In this document: positions 28,618-37,771 of the stretch, one piece after another
Layout: the number at the start of each line of letters is the position of its first letter
How positions within the stretch are numbered: the first letter of the stretch is position 1
Assembly (NCBI GenBank): GCA_019244185.1
Contig: JAFATB010000015.1
Location: 1-64,000, forward strand
Length of the DNA stretch: 64,000 nt
Direction of reading: 5' to 3'
Source of the DNA: Acidobacteriota bacterium
GTDB lineage: Bacteria > Acidobacteriota > Thermoanaerobaculia > Gp7-AA8
Position numbers and translations under genes: made by a program
Notes under the pieces: model-generated
Database searches by the model: none
The model's input: only the letters and a program-made list of their open reading frames with translations
What the model was told of the DNA's origin: nothing

Positions 28618-29734
28618 AGACGATCAGCAGCGGATCGACGAGCGGCGTGCGCAGCCGGATCGTCGGGATGTACGGCACGTGCGCCAGCCACATCACGACG
28701 AAGAACGCCACGACCGCGAGCGCAAGCCGCCGGTCGGGCGTACGCGCGAGGCCGATCGCGCCGAAGACGAACAAGCCTATCGAGACGATCGCGCTGAGGA
28801 AGACCATCGCTCGCCCGTATTCAGCGGGATGCAGCCACGGCCGCCAGAACGCCGCGGCTTTCCAGAGCGTCGGACGCACGGGATCGCGACGGAACTGCGC
28901 GAGCGCGAGCCGCTGCCATTCGCGGTCGCGCGTCTTCGGGGTCGCCGCGCGCGCGTCGACGATCCGCGCGGTCTCGGCGACGGTCACCGACTCGAAGTGC
29001 TGCGAGCCGCGCGCGAACGCGTCGCGGTCGCGCAGCTGCACGATCCGCAGCAACTCCGGATGCGTGCCGCGCCACAGGTTGAATCCGCCCGCGTCGTTGA
29101 CCACGATCAGCTCGTGAAAGCGCAGGTAGTTCCGCAGCGTCCACGGCGCGAGCGTGAGCGCGGCCGCCGCGACGAGCGCGAGCGCGCCTCTTCGATCGCG
29201 CACGAAGACGAACAGCGCCAGCAGCGGAATGACGAGCAAGCCCGTCGGTCGCGTCAGCGTCGCGAGCCCGATCGCCGCGCCGGCCAGCGCGGGATTGCCG
29301 CGCACGACGAGCCAGAAGCCGAGGAGCAGAAACGCCATGAAGAGAGGCTCGCTCCGGATGTCCGTCACCGCGCCCACAAAGAACGGATGGAACGCCGCCA
29401 GGATGGCCGCGAGCAAGGCCGCCCGGCGCGAAAAAAGCCGCTCCGTCAGGAGATAAATCAGCAGCACCGACAATGCATCACAAGCCGCCAGTCCGTACTT
29501 CACGACACGCGCCGCGGACGGATGACACGCCGTCACCGCCAGAATGAAAAACGGCACTCCGGGGGCGCGGAAGAACGGCAGATTCCCCCGCTCCGGATAG
29601 ACGTGCTGCGCGCAGACCGACTGCGCCGTGGCGAGGTAATCGGCGGCGTCGCCGAAGTCGATCCGGGCCGCGCCGGTGAGCTCGATCGCGAGCAGCCGCA
29701 CGAGGAGCGCGCAGATGAAAACGGCCAGACGCAT
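28574..29734 (-). CDS. ArnT/PMT (GT39/GT83-like) membrane glycosyltransferase
   Basis: GDAADY, FRAPG, SEPL, LTRP, PWTLRNY. Confidence 0.8.
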   Translation of the reverse strand: MRLAVFICALLVRLLAIELTGAARIDFGDAADYLATAQSVCAQHVYPERGNLPFFRAPGVPFFILAVTACHPSAARVVKYGLAACDALSVLLIYLLTERLFSRRAALLAAILAAFHPFFVGAVTDIRSEPLFMAFLLLGFWLVVRGNPALAGAAIGLATLTRPTGLLVIPLLALFVFVRDRRGALALVAAAALTLAPWTLRNYLRFHELIVVNDAGGFNLWRGTHPELLRIVQLRDRDAFARGSQHFESVTVAETARIVDARAATPKTRDREWQRLALAQFRRDPVRPTLWKAAAFWRPWLHPAEYGRAMVFLSAIVSIGLFVFGAIGLARTPDRRLALAVVAFFVVMWLAHVPYIPTIRLRTPLVDPLLIVFSASVPFAARRASA

Positions 29735-29778
29735 CGGATATGATGGCGCGGCCCGCAACCTCGCATAAGGAGTCACTT

Positions 29779-31017
29779 GTGTCCAATTTCCCCGGCGTTG
29801 ACTATCTCGAGATCGACTCGCTCTTCAGTGAAGAGGAGCTGATGGTACGGCAGACCGTCCGCGACTTCGTGGACGAGGAAGTCCTCCCGATCATCGAGCA
29901 CGCGAACCGCGAAGAGAAGTTCCCCATGCACCTCATCCCGAAGATGGCGGAGATGGGCCTCTTCGGCGCCACGATCAAAGAATATGACCTGCCCGGTCTC
30001 AACAACGTCGCCTACGGCCTGATCATGCAGGAGCTCGAGCGCGGCGACTCCGGCCTCCGCTCGTTCGCGTCCGTGCAGTCCGGCCTCGTGATGTATCCGA
30101 TCTACGCGTACGGCTCGCAGGAGCAGCGCGATTACTGGATTCCGAAGCTCGCCGCGGGCGAGAAGATCGGCTGCTTCGGCCTCACCGAGCCCGACTTCGG
30201 CTCGAATCCGAGCGCGATGCGCACGCGCGCGCGCCGCGACGGCGACTCGTGGATCCTCAACGGCGCGAAAGCATGGATCACCAACGGTTCCATCGCCGAC
30301 GTGGCCGTGGTCTGGGCGAAAGCGGAAGGCACCATCCGCGGCTTCCTCGTCGAGAAGGACACTCCCGGCTTCCACACCGCCTATCACATGGGCAAGTTCT
30401 CGCTGCGCGCGTCCGTCACCTCGCAGCTGTTCTTCGAGGACTGCCGCATCCCTCTCGAAAACGTCCTTCCCGAGACGAATGGTCTCAAGTACCCCCTCGG
30501 CTGCCTCACGCAGGCGCGCTACGGCATCGCCTGGGGCGTCCTCGGCGCGGCCATGAGCGTCTACAACACGGCGCTCCAGTACACGAAGTCGCGCATCCAG
30601 TTCGGCGGCCAGCCGATCGCGTCGCATCAGCTCGTGCAGAACAAGCTCGCCTGGATGATCACGGAGATCACGAAAGGCCAGCTCCTCGCGCTGCAGGCCG
30701 GACGCCTCAAGGATCAGGGCAAGCTCAAGCCGCACCACGTGTCGATGGCGAAGATGAACAACTGCAACATCGCCCTCGAATGCGCGCGCGTCGCCCGCGA
30801 CATGCTCGGCGCCAACGGCGTCTCCGACGAGTACCCGATCGTCCGCCACATGATGAACCTGGAGTCCGTGAAGACGTACGAGGGCACGCACGACATCCAC
30901 AACCTCATCATCGGCCACACCGTCACCGGCATCCCGGCGTACAACCCGCCGATGTCGGCCAAACAGGAGCAGGAGCTGAGCGCCGCCGCGGAAGCAGCCG
31001 CTCTCGCACAAAAGTAA
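29779..31017 (+). CDS. Acyl-CoA dehydrogenase, glutaryl-CoA dehydrogenase-like
   Basis: ELERGDSGLRS, GCFGLTEPDFGS, KAWITN, YEGTHDIH; AAGGAG RBS before GTG 29779. Confidence 0.92.
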   Translation: MSNFPGVDYLEIDSLFSEEELMVRQTVRDFVDEEVLPIIEHANREEKFPMHLIPKMAEMGLFGATIKEYDLPGLNNVAYGLIMQELERGDSGLRSFASVQSGLVMYPIYAYGSQEQRDYWIPKLAAGEKIGCFGLTEPDFGSNPSAMRTRARRDGDSWILNGAKAWITNGSIADVAVVWAKAEGTIRGFLVEKDTPGFHTAYHMGKFSLRASVTSQLFFEDCRIPLENVLPETNGLKYPLGCLTQARYGIAWGVLGAAMSVYNTALQYTKSRIQFGGQPIASHQLVQNKLAWMITEITKGQLLALQAGRLKDQGKLKPHHVSMAKMNNCNIALECARVARDMLGANGVSDEYPIVRHMMNLESVKTYEGTHDIHNLIIGHTVTGIPAYNPPMSAKQEQELSAAAEAAALAQK

Positions 31018-31070
31018 TTCTTCTTTAAGGCATTACTTAAACCTATACTCACTTCCATAGGAGGTGACGT

Positions 31071-31637
31071 ATGGGCTATCTCGACGACCTGGACCAACTC
31101 CATCGCGACATCGATGCGGCGGAAGAGCAGCTTCGCGCGAGCGGCGCCGGCGCATTGCTGGGCGGCGGTCAGCTGAACCAGTTCGAGCTGTTCGGAAAAT
31201 CGATCGGCAGGCTGATCGCCTTCACCATTCTGCCGGCGGGCGAGAGCGGGTTCACGCACACGTCGATCTCGTTCACCGACCGCGGCTTCTACTTCATCGA
31301 CGGCAACGTCATCCCCGGCGGGACGAACACGACGTTCAAAGGCTTTCTCAACGCGCACGGCATCTTCTACGGTCAGGGCAACGGGATGTCGATCGCGATG
31401 ACGCAGCCCGAGCGCACGTCGGGCACGTGGCTCACCGAGGGCGTGGCGAAGGTGCTGCCGTCGCTGACGGGCGCCGGCACGTATCGCGGATCGATGCTGT
31501 ACAACTGGGCGCCGAACGGCCCGTTCGCGCGGCTCAACGGCATGCCGGCCATCTTTCAGCTGGTCATCGACGAGCTCGGGTTCACGTTCGGCACGATCTG
31601 GCGATGGATCGAGCCGACTTCCGACGCGAACGCGTGA
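31071..31637 (+). CDS. Hypothetical Gly/aromatic-rich, probably all-beta protein
   Basis: Strong GGAGGTGA RBS, host codon bias. Confidence 0.75.
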   Translation: MGYLDDLDQLHRDIDAAEEQLRASGAGALLGGGQLNQFELFGKSIGRLIAFTILPAGESGFTHTSISFTDRGFYFIDGNVIPGGTNTTFKGFLNAHGIFYGQGNGMSIAMTQPERTSGTWLTEGVAKVLPSLTGAGTYRGSMLYNWAPNGPFARLNGMPAIFQLVIDELGFTFGTIWRWIEPTSDANA

Positions 31638-31722
31638 TCGCGAAGCCGCACGACGCCCGTTCTCCCGGAAAAGGTTCTGCTAGAGTGTGCGCGCAAAATC
31701 TTTCCGGGTAGAACGGAGCGTC

Positions 31723-32706
31723 ATGGAATCGAGTCTGGAAGTCGGCTTCCTGCGCGCGGCTGAGAAAGCGGCCATCGCCTCGGCGCGCACGATGGGTTAC
31801 GGCAAGCGGAAGTACTCCGATCAGGTCGCGGTCGAGGCGATGCGCGACGAGCTCAATCGCCTGAAGATGCGCGGCTCGGTCGTCATCGGCGAAGGAGAGC
31901 GCGACAAGGCGCCGATGCTCTACGTCGGCGAGCCGCTCGGCCGCGGCTGGACCGAGGGCGAGATCTATCCGGAAGTCGACATCGCCGTCGATCCGCTCGA
32001 AGGCACGAACCTCTGCGCCACCGGCTCGGCGAACTCCATCGCCGTGATCGCGGCGTCGGAAAAAGGCGGCCTGCTCAACGCGCCCGACATCTACATGGAC
32101 AAGATCGTCGTCGGCCCCACCGCGGCGGAGTCGGTCGCGCTCAACGCGAGCGTCGAGGACAACCTCAACGCGATGGCCGAGGCGTTCCAGCGCGACGTCG
32201 ACGAGCTGACCATCATCGTGCTCGATCGCGAACGCCATCAGGATCTCATCGCGCAGATCCGCGAGGCCGGCGCGCGCATCAAGCTGATCACCGACGGCGA
32301 CCTCTCCGGCGGCATCGCCGCCGCCGTCCGCGGCACCGGCGTGCACGCGGCGATGGGCATCGGCGGCGCCCCCGAAGGCGTTCTCACCGCCGCCGCCATG
32401 CGCTGCCTCGGCGGACGCATGCAGGGCAAGCTCAAGCCTCTGGAGAAGTGGCAGGAAGACCGCCTGCGCTCGATGGGCTTCAAGGATGATGAGAAGGTCT
32501 ACGACACGTCCGAGCTGGCGTCGGGTAACGACATCATCTTCTGCGCGAGCGGCGTCACCGACGGCGACCTCCTGCGCGGCGTCCGCTTCTTCGGCGGCGG
32601 CATCCGCGTCTCGTCGCTGTTCATGTCCCTCAAGTCGAACGTGATCCGCTTCGTCGACACGATCTACCGCGAGGAAGGCAGCAAGCTGGCGGTGAGCTTC
32701 ACGTAG
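31723..32706 (+). CDS. glpX: Class II fructose-1,6-bisphosphatase
   Basis: [34 protein letters not shown]. Confidence 0.95.
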   Translation: MESSLEVGFLRAAEKAAIASARTMGYGKRKYSDQVAVEAMRDELNRLKMRGSVVIGEGERDKAPMLYVGEPLGRGWTEGEIYPEVDIAVDPLEGTNLCATGSANSIAVIAASEKGGLLNAPDIYMDKIVVGPTAAESVALNASVEDNLNAMAEAFQRDVDELTIIVLDRERHQDLIAQIREAGARIKLITDGDLSGGIAAAVRGTGVHAAMGIGGAPEGVLTAAAMRCLGGRMQGKLKPLEKWQEDRLRSMGFKDDEKVYDTSELASGNDIIFCASGVTDGDLLRGVRFFGGGIRVSSLFMSLKSNVIRFVDTIYREEGSKLAVSFT

Positions 32707-33340
32707 GCGGCGCGTGGCGAAGGTGCTTGCGCTGTTCCTTGATCAGCGCAAGCAGTGTCCCAAACTTCTTGTTGAGCTCTTCGGTGCGCGTGTTTTGCGC
32801 GCGCGCTGCCTCACGACTTCGCCACATCTCGAGATCCGTTAACGAACTGCGCGGTGCGGGCGACGGCTGCCAGCGGGCGAGCGCCAGCAAGCCGTGGATC
32901 GCCTGCGGCCACCGCGAGTCGCCGTCCGGTGCTGCTAGATCGGCCCACCCGAGCAATTGTTCAAGATCGGCACGATCGCGCAGTACGTTGTCGAGCCGCT
33001 CCTGAATGCGTTTGTCGCGCTCGATCGCCATCTCCGATGGTTCCACCGTCCTCGTGATCGAGTTGTGCGCGAGCATGTATTCCTTCTCGATGATGGCAAA
33101 GTGATGGCGGTTCAGGCTGCCGATGAGGCGTCCGCGAAACGCGTACAGCTGCCGATACATCTCGCCGTTCTCGTTCCAGAGGCGCTCCTCCGCCGCAGTG
33201 CGCTGCCGCTCCGCTTCGAGCTGTCTCGTTTTGAAAAAGTCGAGCGTCTGACTCGCGAGCGCTCCAACCAACAAGCTGACCAGGGAGATGGCGACTGTCT
33301 GCAGTTTCGATTCTTTGGGCGTCATGGCTCGCGGTCTCAT
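32699..33340 (-). CDS. Hypothetical protein with N-terminal hydrophobic helix; atypical, lower-GC codon usage
   Basis: AAGGAG RBS immediately after the rluA-family gene; more A/T-ending codons than neighbours. Confidence 0.6.
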   Translation of the reverse strand: MRPRAMTPKESKLQTVAISLVSLLVGALASQTLDFFKTRQLEAERQRTAAEERLWNENGEMYRQLYAFRGRLIGSLNRHHFAIIEKEYMLAHNSITRTVEPSEMAIERDKRIQERLDNVLRDRADLEQLLGWADLAAPDGDSRWPQAIHGLLALARWQPSPAPRSSLTDLEMWRSREAARAQNTRTEELNKKFGTLLALIKEQRKHLRHAPPT

Positions 33341-33344
33341 GCGA

Positions 33345-34220
33345 CTACTCCTTTCCGAACAGCTTCCGAAAACTCGGCGGCGTCGGCGCGGTGAACACGA
33401 GGTGCTTGCCCGTCACGGGATGGCGGAAGCCGAGGAGCTTTGCGTGGAGGCCGAGGCGATCGATGGGGTTGACTTCGCTGCCGTACATGCGGTCGCCGAC
33501 GATCGGGTGTCCGGCCTCGCTGAGGTGCGCGCGGATCTGGTTCTTGCGGCCGGTCTCGAGCGTGACTTCGAGCATCGAGTAGCGGTCGCTCATCCGCACC
33601 GTGCGGTAGTGCGTCACGGCGTACTTGGCCTCGGGATGCTCCGGACCGCTGACCATCTTGAGATCCTTGCGCTCGCGCAGCCAGGAGCGAAACGTTCCTT
33701 CTTCGGGATCCATCGCACCTTCGACGATGGCGACGTACATGCGGTCGACGCTGTGCGCGGCGAACTGCTCTTTGAGCTGCTCGCGCGCGTAGGCGTTCTT
33801 CGCGAAGACGAGCACGCCGGACGTTTCGCGGTCGAGGCGATGCACGACCTGAATGCGCTCCTCCCCTTTGCGGTCGCCGAGGTACGCGTTGAGATACGCC
33901 TGCGCGGTCGTCTCGCGTTCGCGCTCGGTCGGCACGGTGAGCAGGCCGTTCGCCTTCAGCACGACGATGACGTCGCGGTCTTCGTGCAAGATCGCCAAGC
34001 CCGGCGGCAGCGCGGCGGCGAGCGACTTCTCGGTGATCTCGACGAGATCGTGCGGCGCGAGCTCGCGCTTGGCGTTCTTCTCGATCTCGCCGTTCACGCG
34101 CACGCGGCCGTTCTGCAGCATCTGCCGCAGCGTCGTGCGCGAGGCGGACGGCACGAGCGCCGCGAGCGCGTCGAGCATCGGCATCGCTTTGGTGATCGTC
34201 TTCCGAATCGCGTTTCCCAC
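33345..34220 (-). CDS. RluA-family pseudouridine synthase with S4 domain
   Basis: C-terminal part of ORF 33345..35648: HRLDRETSG, TGRKNQIR, HPIVGD, LHA. Confidence 0.92.
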   Translation of the reverse strand: MGNAIRKTITKAMPMLDALAALVPSASRTTLRQMLQNGRVRVNGEIEKNAKRELAPHDLVEITEKSLAAALPPGLAILHEDRDVIVVLKANGLLTVPTERERETTAQAYLNAYLGDRKGEERIQVVHRLDRETSGVLVFAKNAYAREQLKEQFAAHSVDRMYVAIVEGAMDPEEGTFRSWLRERKDLKMVSGPEHPEAKYAVTHYRTVRMSDRYSMLEVTLETGRKNQIRAHLSEAGHPIVGDRMYGSEVNPIDRLGLHAKLLGFRHPVTGKHLVFTAPTPPSFRKLFGKE

Positions 34221-34253
34221 GCCGCGATGATATGAAAGCGCGAGGAGGCCACG

Positions 34254-34997
34254 ATGGAATATCGAATCGTCGGCGACGTGATGCAGGCACTCGAGATCAC
34301 GCTGCGGCAGGGCGAGGAAGTGTTCGCCGAGGCGGGCGCGATGCTGTACATGGGCGGCGGCATGGAGCTGCAGGCGAAGATGCAGGGCGGCATCGTCAAA
34401 GGGCTGATGCGCAAGTTCCTCGCAGGCGAGTCGATGTTCATGAGCGTCTTCCGCTGCAACGTGCCGCAGGCGAAGATGGCCCTGGCGAATCCGATCGCGG
34501 GCAAGATCTTCCCGATCGAGCTGCAGGGAAACACGATTCTCGCGGAGCGCAACGCGTTCCTCTGCGGCATCGGCAACGTCGATCTCTCCGTCGCGTTCAC
34601 GAAGCGTTTCGGCGCGGGCCTCTTCGGCGGCGAAGGCTTCATCCTGCAGAAGCTCTCCGGTCAGGGCCTCGTCTTCCTGCACGCCGGCGGCAACATGCTG
34701 GAGTTCAACCTCGCGCCGAACGAACAGCTGCGCGTCGACACCGGATGCATCGTCTCGATGGCCGAGTCGGTGCGGTACGACATCCAGTACGTCGGCGGCT
34801 TCCGCAACGCGCTCTTCGGCGGTGAAGGCTTGTTCTACGCGGTGCTGACCGGGCCCGGTCACGTCGTGCTGCAGACGCTTCCGTTCAGCCGGCTCGCGGG
34901 ACGCATTCAGGCGGCGGCGGGCGGCCGTCGCGATGAATCGAAAGGACTGGCCGGCATCGGCGGCGGCATTATCGGCGACATCCTGTCGGGCGACTAG
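34254..34997 (+). CDS. AIM24 (TIGR00266-like) family protein
   Basis: AEAGAM, GESMF, FGGEG twice, VDTGC, GPG.V.LQTLP; AGGAGG RBS. Confidence 0.9.
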   Translation: MEYRIVGDVMQALEITLRQGEEVFAEAGAMLYMGGGMELQAKMQGGIVKGLMRKFLAGESMFMSVFRCNVPQAKMALANPIAGKIFPIELQGNTILAERNAFLCGIGNVDLSVAFTKRFGAGLFGGEGFILQKLSGQGLVFLHAGGNMLEFNLAPNEQLRVDTGCIVSMAESVRYDIQYVGGFRNALFGGEGLFYAVLTGPGHVVLQTLPFSRLAGRIQAAAGGRRDESKGLAGIGGGIIGDILSGD

Positions 34998-35842
34998 CTC
35001 GCGGCTTCGAGCGCGTCGAACAACTGCTGCAGCGTGGTCGTGACCTCGCCGCGGCGGCTGTTGCCGATCACGCGGCCGTCGATCTCCGCGACCGGCATCA
35101 CGCCTTGCGTGGTGCTGGTGATGAACGCCTCGTCGAGGTCGAAGAGCTCGGCCTCGCGCAGGGGGCGTTCGTCGACGCGGATCTTCGCGCCGAGCGCGAG
35201 ATCGATGACGCGGTCGCGCACCACGCCGGGCAGGATGTGCTCGTCGAGCGGATGCGTGACGAGATGTCCGTTCTTGACCGCGAAGAAGTTCGAGCCGGCG
35301 CCTTCGCGCACGAATCCATCCGCCAGCATCAGCGCCTCCGTCGCGCCGGCGCGCTGCGCCTCTTTCTTCGCGATCGCGTTCGCAAGGAGGTTGACGGATT
35401 TCACGTGACAGCCGTGCCAGCGGAGATCGCGCGTCGTGATGACGCGGATGCCGAGCTCTTTCTTCGCCGCGTCGGGAAATGCGAAGCGGCGCGAGTACGC
35501 GACGGCGGTGGGCGTCAGCGCGTCCGGCCAGAAGTGACTGCGCTCCGCTTCGCCGCGCGAGACCTGGATGTAGACGATGCCGTCGTCGAACGCGGTGCGC
35601 GCGAGCAGCTCGCGAATCGTCGCCGCGAACGCGTCGGCGTCGGCCCAAGCCGCCGCGATCTCGAGCGTGCGCAGGCTGATCTCCAGCCGCCGGAAATGCT
35701 CGCGCAGAAAGATCGGACGTTTGCCGAGGAACTTGAAGACTTCGTAGACCGCGTCGCCGAACTGGAAGCCGCGGTCTTCGACGCCGAGGACGCGCTCGTC
35801 GGTCGTGGTGAAACGGCCGTTGATGTAGAGGGCGTCCGCCAT
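34994..35842 (-). CDS. Class IV PLP aminotransferase (D-amino-acid aminotransferase-like)
   Basis: DRGFQFGDAVYE, KSVNLL, EGAGSN, ILPGV, EAFITST. Confidence 0.9.
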   Translation of the reverse strand: MADALYINGRFTTTDERVLGVEDRGFQFGDAVYEVFKFLGKRPIFLREHFRRLEISLRTLEIAAAWADADAFAATIRELLARTAFDDGIVYIQVSRGEAERSHFWPDALTPTAVAYSRRFAFPDAAKKELGIRVITTRDLRWHGCHVKSVNLLANAIAKKEAQRAGATEALMLADGFVREGAGSNFFAVKNGHLVTHPLDEHILPGVVRDRVIDLALGAKIRVDERPLREAELFDLDEAFITSTTQGVMPVAEIDGRVIGNSRRGEVTTTLQQLFDALEAAS

Positions 35843-37038
35843 CAGACCTGCACTGCTTTCACGATGACGATGGTGCGGTCGTCCTCGTCGTCGCGGCCCC
35901 ACTTCGCCACGCGCGCGAGCACTTCCTGCCCGATCTCCTGCGCGCTGCGCTGGCGGTTCGCCTTGACGAGCCGGAGAAAGCGCTCGGTGCCGAACTCGTT
36001 GTCGTGCTTGTCGTGCGCCTCGATGATGCCGTCCGAGTACATGCAGACGAGATCGCCCGCCTCGAGCTTGGCGAAGCCGCGCGTGTAGGTGGCGTCGGGC
36101 GTCGGACCGAGCACCGGGCCGCCGTTGCGCAGGAATTCTTCCTTGCCGTTCGCGCGGATGATGAACGGCGGATTGTGCCCGGCGTTGCAGTAGATGAGGA
36201 TGCCGCCCGTTTCGAGCTCGCCGTAGAAGAGTGACACGAACTTCGTCGTGAGACGGCCGCGATGGATGATGTGGTTCAGCTTCTCGAGCGTGCGCACGAT
36301 CTTGAAGTCGCGATCGGTGGCCATGCGCAGTCCCATGTAGACGTCGCGCACGACGAGCGCCGCGGGCAGGCCGTGGCCGGAGCCGTCGGCGATGGCCAGG
36401 CCGAGGATGTTGTCGGAGACGGGGATGAAATCGTAGAAGTCGCCGCTCACGATTTCGGCGGGCACGGTGCGGCCCCAGATGTCGTAGCCGGCGTACTGCG
36501 GAATGCGCTGCGGCAGGATCGACTGCTGGATGCGCTGCGCCTCGACGATGAGCGACTCGAAGCGCTGCGCGCGCATCTTCTGGTTGATCGCGTAGCGGAC
36601 GAGGTTCAGCGAGAAGAGGATGTCCTCGCGGCTCAGCTCGGGCGAGACGTTGAACGCGACGATGTAGTCCTCGTCGCCGACCGAGATCGCGCAGAAGCGC
36701 CGCGCGCCGAGCTTCTTTTCGAGCACCGGATCGACGCCGGGATCGGTGGGATCCATGACCATGATCCCGTTCTCGAGCACGAGCTCGATGGGCCGGTAGT
36801 CTTTCGGCACGTTGATCCCGAGCTCGCCGTCATGCGCCTGTCCGAAGCGCGCCATGAGCTCGTAGCAGTCGTCGCGCATCTCGTAGACGCGCCCGCCGGT
36901 GATGCCGAGCTGGTCGCGGAAGTTGGACGCGATCGTCTCGGCGATCTGCGCCACCGCGGCGGTCGTGGTGTCGGAACCTGAGGTATCGATCGCTTCGAGC
37001 GTGCGCTCGACCTGGGTGAGGAGGCGTTTGTAATCCAT
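35842..37038 (-). CDS. SpoIIE/RsbU-type PP2C phosphatase with N-terminal GAF-like region
   Basis: SGDFYD, ADGSGHG, NAGHNP, SDGIIE, DDRT. Confidence 0.92.
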   Translation of the reverse strand: MDYKRLLTQVERTLEAIDTSGSDTTTAAVAQIAETIASNFRDQLGITGGRVYEMRDDCYELMARFGQAHDGELGINVPKDYRPIELVLENGIMVMDPTDPGVDPVLEKKLGARRFCAISVGDEDYIVAFNVSPELSREDILFSLNLVRYAINQKMRAQRFESLIVEAQRIQQSILPQRIPQYAGYDIWGRTVPAEIVSGDFYDFIPVSDNILGLAIADGSGHGLPAALVVRDVYMGLRMATDRDFKIVRTLEKLNHIIHRGRLTTKFVSLFYGELETGGILIYCNAGHNPPFIIRANGKEEFLRNGGPVLGPTPDATYTRGFAKLEAGDLVCMYSDGIIEAHDKHDNEFGTERFLRLVKANRQRSAQEIGQEVLARVAKWGRDDEDDRTIVIVKAVQV

Positions 37039-37044
37039 GGATAT

Positions 37045-37305
37045 CTATGAATGCCGCGTGCGTTCGTTGCGCGCGCGAATGCGGTCGACCCGCTCCTGCT
37101 CCCAGCGGTCGCGGTCCGCGTTCGCTTCTTCGATCGAGCGGTATTTGCGGACGCCGCGGGGGATGCAGGTGCCGACGCCGTTGACGAGCGCTCCCGAGAG
37201 CTGCCACAGGAAGCGAATTTTGTCTGGGATCGCCGGATCGCCCGCGTCGAGCATGATCGCGGGATCGGGCATCTCCTCGACGGACCTGTATTTATAAACC
37301 GGCAT
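37045..37305 (-). CDS. Small hypothetical protein, partner of the nucleotidyltransferase
   Basis: GGAGG RBS; overlaps the upstream gene; internal KYRS(V/I)EE duplication. Confidence 0.7.
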   Translation of the reverse strand: MPVYKYRSVEEMPDPAIMLDAGDPAIPDKIRFLWQLSGALVNGVGTCIPRGVRKYRSIEEANADRDRWEQERVDRIRARNERTRHS

Positions 37306-37771
37306 CGCCTTCCAGCCAAGGATACTTCGCGCGCAGGCGGAGCGCGTCGGCTTTGTCGTGAAGCCTGACGGAGTTGCTCTTCAGTTCATACAGTTTCGCG
37401 GCGGTTGCCACGCGAATCGCGATGCCTTCGTATTCGATGAGTTCCGACGAGAGGCTGTCGTACGTGATGTCATCGAGGCGGGTGAGGAAGTCGACGTTGA
37501 ACGTCTCGCCGGGCGGCCCGTACGCGATGAGCGGATAGTCGCCGATGAGATCGTCCGCACAAATCTCGTCGACGTGCGGATCATCCCAGACGCAGCGAAG
37601 AGCGCGCTTCAGACGCTCGATGTTCGTGCGTTCAGGCCGGATGAAAAAGTCTGCGTCCGTGCTCGCGCGGACGACACCCTGGAAGCAAAGCGCCACCGCA
37701 CCGAACGTGATGTAGTCGACACCTTCACGATTCATCGCATCGATGAACGCGAAGACCTTGTCGAAATCCAT
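37292..37771 (-). CDS. Nucleotidyltransferase-fold protein (G..A...G..R.T.D.D type)
   Basis: FGAVALCFQGVVRASTDADF, K...R.HDKAD. Confidence 0.75.
   Translation of the reverse strand: MDFDKVFAFIDAMNREGVDYITFGAVALCFQGVVRASTDADFFIRPERTNIERLKRALRCVWDDPHVDEICADDLIGDYPLIAYGPPGETFNVDFLTRLDDITYDSLSSELIEYEGIAIRVATAAKLYELKSNSVRLHDKADALRLRAKYPWLEGDAGL

Noticed and set aside
33345-35648. 767-aa ORF (likewise the extended ORFs 41571..42989, 47390..50104, 48163..50403, 56623..57966)
   Set aside because: In-frame open extensions across neighbouring genes; the real genes start internally
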